DNA from: Eukaryota sp. TZLM1-RC
Lineage: Eukaryota; Protista; Metamonada: BaSk clade
NCBI GenBank assembly: GCA_040285825.1
Contig: JAUPSS010000003.1
Location: forward strand, 2,542,001 to 2,606,000
Reading direction: 5' to 3'
Length of the DNA stretch: 64,000 nucleotides
Shown here: positions 61,744-64,000 of the stretch, one piece after another
How positions within the stretch are numbered: the stretch's first letter is position 1
Layout: every line of letters begins with the position of its first letter
Translations under genes and position numbers: made by a program
The notes under the pieces: generated by a model
Seen by the model: the letters and a program-made list of their open reading frames with translations, nothing else
The model's database searches: none
What the model was told of the DNA's origin: nothing

Positions 61744-61950
61744 CTAGATCTTTGTCACTGGCAGGGAAGGTGAACATTTGGGTGGGGGTATCGGGAGAAG
61801 ACAAAAGAGAACATTGCGATGAATAGCAAATTCATGTTCAAGATAGACAAGAGTAACATCGGAAAGGTGGTGTGGAAGAGCTTCTCGGTAAATGTAGAGG
61901 GTGGAATTTGGAAGCTGGTTATTGAGATCTGAGGATCGTAAAGACAATGG
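61744..61950 (-). pseudogene. Degenerate copy of the BTB gene 5' end
   Basis: SDVTLVYLEHEFAIHRNVL nearly matches ~55940-56000; upstream TGGTTGGCGAAAGACATA is also shared (56341 and 62035). Confidence 0.85.
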
Positions 61951-62430
61951 GATTTTATGTTGGTTACAGCATGTTCTAGGAATACAAAATTGGCCCAGTT
62001 GTCAAATCACTAATAGTGAGTTGTGTGGGATTCATGGTTGGCGAAAGACATATTATTACTAGCTAACCAAACAAAATAATAAAAGTAAATTGTACTTAAT
62101 TGTTTAAGGACAGGTGAGATATACAGCATGAATTGAATCAATAACAGTGCATGACAGAATTTGACCCTTTGTCATGACATCATACACAGGTTGGGTTGAA
62201 TCCAAACATTTAGTTGATCGAATTACATCATTAAATGAGAATTGGTGATCAGCAATCAGATTCTTTATTGCACAAAAAACAGTTTCATGTTGTGTCGATG
62301 GTGAGTTTCACATTCGAGTTTAATTTTAATATTTATTAATTATTTAGTTGGATGAACCACATACTTATTCATGTTAATCCTAATATTCTTCACATTGTAC
62401 TGGAAAGGGTTTTTGTCAATCATTTGAAAC

Positions 62431-64000
62431 ATGGCAGAGTTTTGGAATTGCTTGAATTCACCAGATTTTGCCCAATTCAAACTCAATGGCACCACTACTC
62501 ATCACTCTTCCTTTCAATGCCATGATGAACCAATAACTTCTACCAAATACATCCCATCGGTTCGCAAGGTCGCCACCTCCTCCAGAGACTGTCATCTTCG
62601 CTTCTACGACTTTAGCTCCCTTGATTCCCGCTTTCGTCACTTCGATCTCAACCTGCCCCTCTAAAAACCTGTTTGCTGTCTGTGGCAATAGTGATCGCCC
62701 TGTGTTGTATGACCATCAAGGGGAAGTGGTTGGAACTTTGAAGAGAGGAGATATGTACATTGCTGATCCAACTAGAACAAATGGTCACACGTCATCAGTC
62801 AAATCAATTGATTTTAACGCGGTCAATAATGATGTGATAATGACGTCATCAACGGATGGTACAATCAGACTTTGGAAGACTGATGAAGTGGAATTTGGTT
62901 GCTTTTTGACCCTTTCTCTTCGTTCAGCTGGTTGGAAGGGTGGAGTTGTTGAATTCCAAACGAGTTGTTTTAACAACATGGGCACTGCTATAGCTTCAGC
63001 TTCAAATGATTCAATGATTAGATTTTGGGATGGTGCTGGAAAGAGTAACAAACCATTAGAATCAATGAATATAGGTCAATTTATCAATGGTGATTCTATT
63101 TTAAAAATGGGATTTACTGATGGGCTCGAGTCTGTAAATAAGTCAAATTTGTTTATTCGGACAATCAATTCCATTCTCTTATTTGATTTAAGATCACTTT
63201 CTAAACCAGTGATGACGTGGCATGACGTGTCAAGTAGGGGTCTATTTGGGGATTTTTGTTTTAATAAAGACTATACTGTTTTTGGTGCAAGTTTAGCTAC
63301 CCAAGGTGAACGTCTTGGCAGTGTTGCTTTTGGTAAGGTCAATAAACCTGAGGAATTGAGTATATTAGAAGTTGCTGTTGGTGACGTCACCACTGTTGAT
63401 TGGATTAGTGATTTGAATCAAATCATTTATGGAACTAGTAGTGGTAAAATTGGGTTTCTGTATTCGCCTGTAGAGTCGAGGCATGGGATACTTAACTGTT
63501 TGAAAAGGAAACCTCGTGTCGAAAAAGATCTACAGTTAGAAGGTCCAATTGTCGATCCAGAGGAACTAGAAGGGCGGAAATATGTCAAGAGAAAACAAGA
63601 AAAAGGACCAGTTTTGGCGCCAAAATCTGATGGAATGGATAATTCAACTGGCCAAATCAAAATAAACCCCACTGCGGCACTTATGGAAAAAGCACTACAT
63701 TTAGAAGAATCAGGACCACTTGGTACAATACGAGACGACGATCCTAGAGAAGCCATCTTGGCAAAGGCTGAAATTGCGGAGAAAAATCCTTTATTTACAG
63801 GAGTTTATAAAAAAACCCAACCCAAACCTGTATTTGATGCAAGTTTGTTAGAAAAAGAAGCAGTAGAGTATGAACAAGGTAAGATTGCAGAAAGAATGGC
63901 TGATGCGACGTGCAGTGATGTTGGTTTTACAAAACTCTTAGCAGAAATAAGGAGAATGGAAGAAGATGAAATGATGAGGCAGGTTAAGAAAAAGAAAAAA
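62431..64000 (+). CDS. WDR70: WDR70 (GAD-1-like) WD40 protein, frameshift at ~62640, runs off the window; possibly a pseudogene
   Basis: RGDMYIADPTRTNGHT, TSSTDGTIRLW and DDDPREAILAKA...YKKTQPKPVF; the second frame is open from 62636 to the end. Confidence 0.82.

Noticed and set aside
62301-62347. GTGAGT...TTAG intron as part of WDR70
   Set aside because: It looks like an intron, but a TGA at 62425 blocks linkage to the WDR70 frame and the flanking exons are unidentifiable.

Overview
AT-rich eukaryotic, probably protist, genomic window in the standard genetic code, with at least one very short (29-nt) intron. Most of it is nested, decaying transposable elements. These include several Ty3/Gypsy-type LTR families with very short LTRs and 4-bp TSDs (labelled A, C, D and E here), REL-endonuclease (CRE-like) non-LTR fragments, MULE transposons (one near-intact, 9-bp TSD) and hAT transposons (one with TIRs and an 8-bp TSD). 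Host genes or fragments: a small D-box protein (securin candidate), a CCHC zinc-knuckle protein, an intron-containing type II membrane protein (ependymin-like), a large BTB protein, a CCT-zeta fragment and a frameshifted WDR70 that runs off the end. The strongest candidate for an undescribed system is the LTR retroelement architecture. The gag ATG lies inside the LTR in three families, and in A and C the pol stop codon abuts the 3' LTR. In A and C a 12-14 bp palindrome sits where the PBS should be, and two independent insertions share 5'-specific versus 3'-specific LTR variants. A single 12-bp TSD also encloses three different non-LTR 3' ends, suggesting RT template jumping. All calls come from reading motifs by eye; no searches were run.
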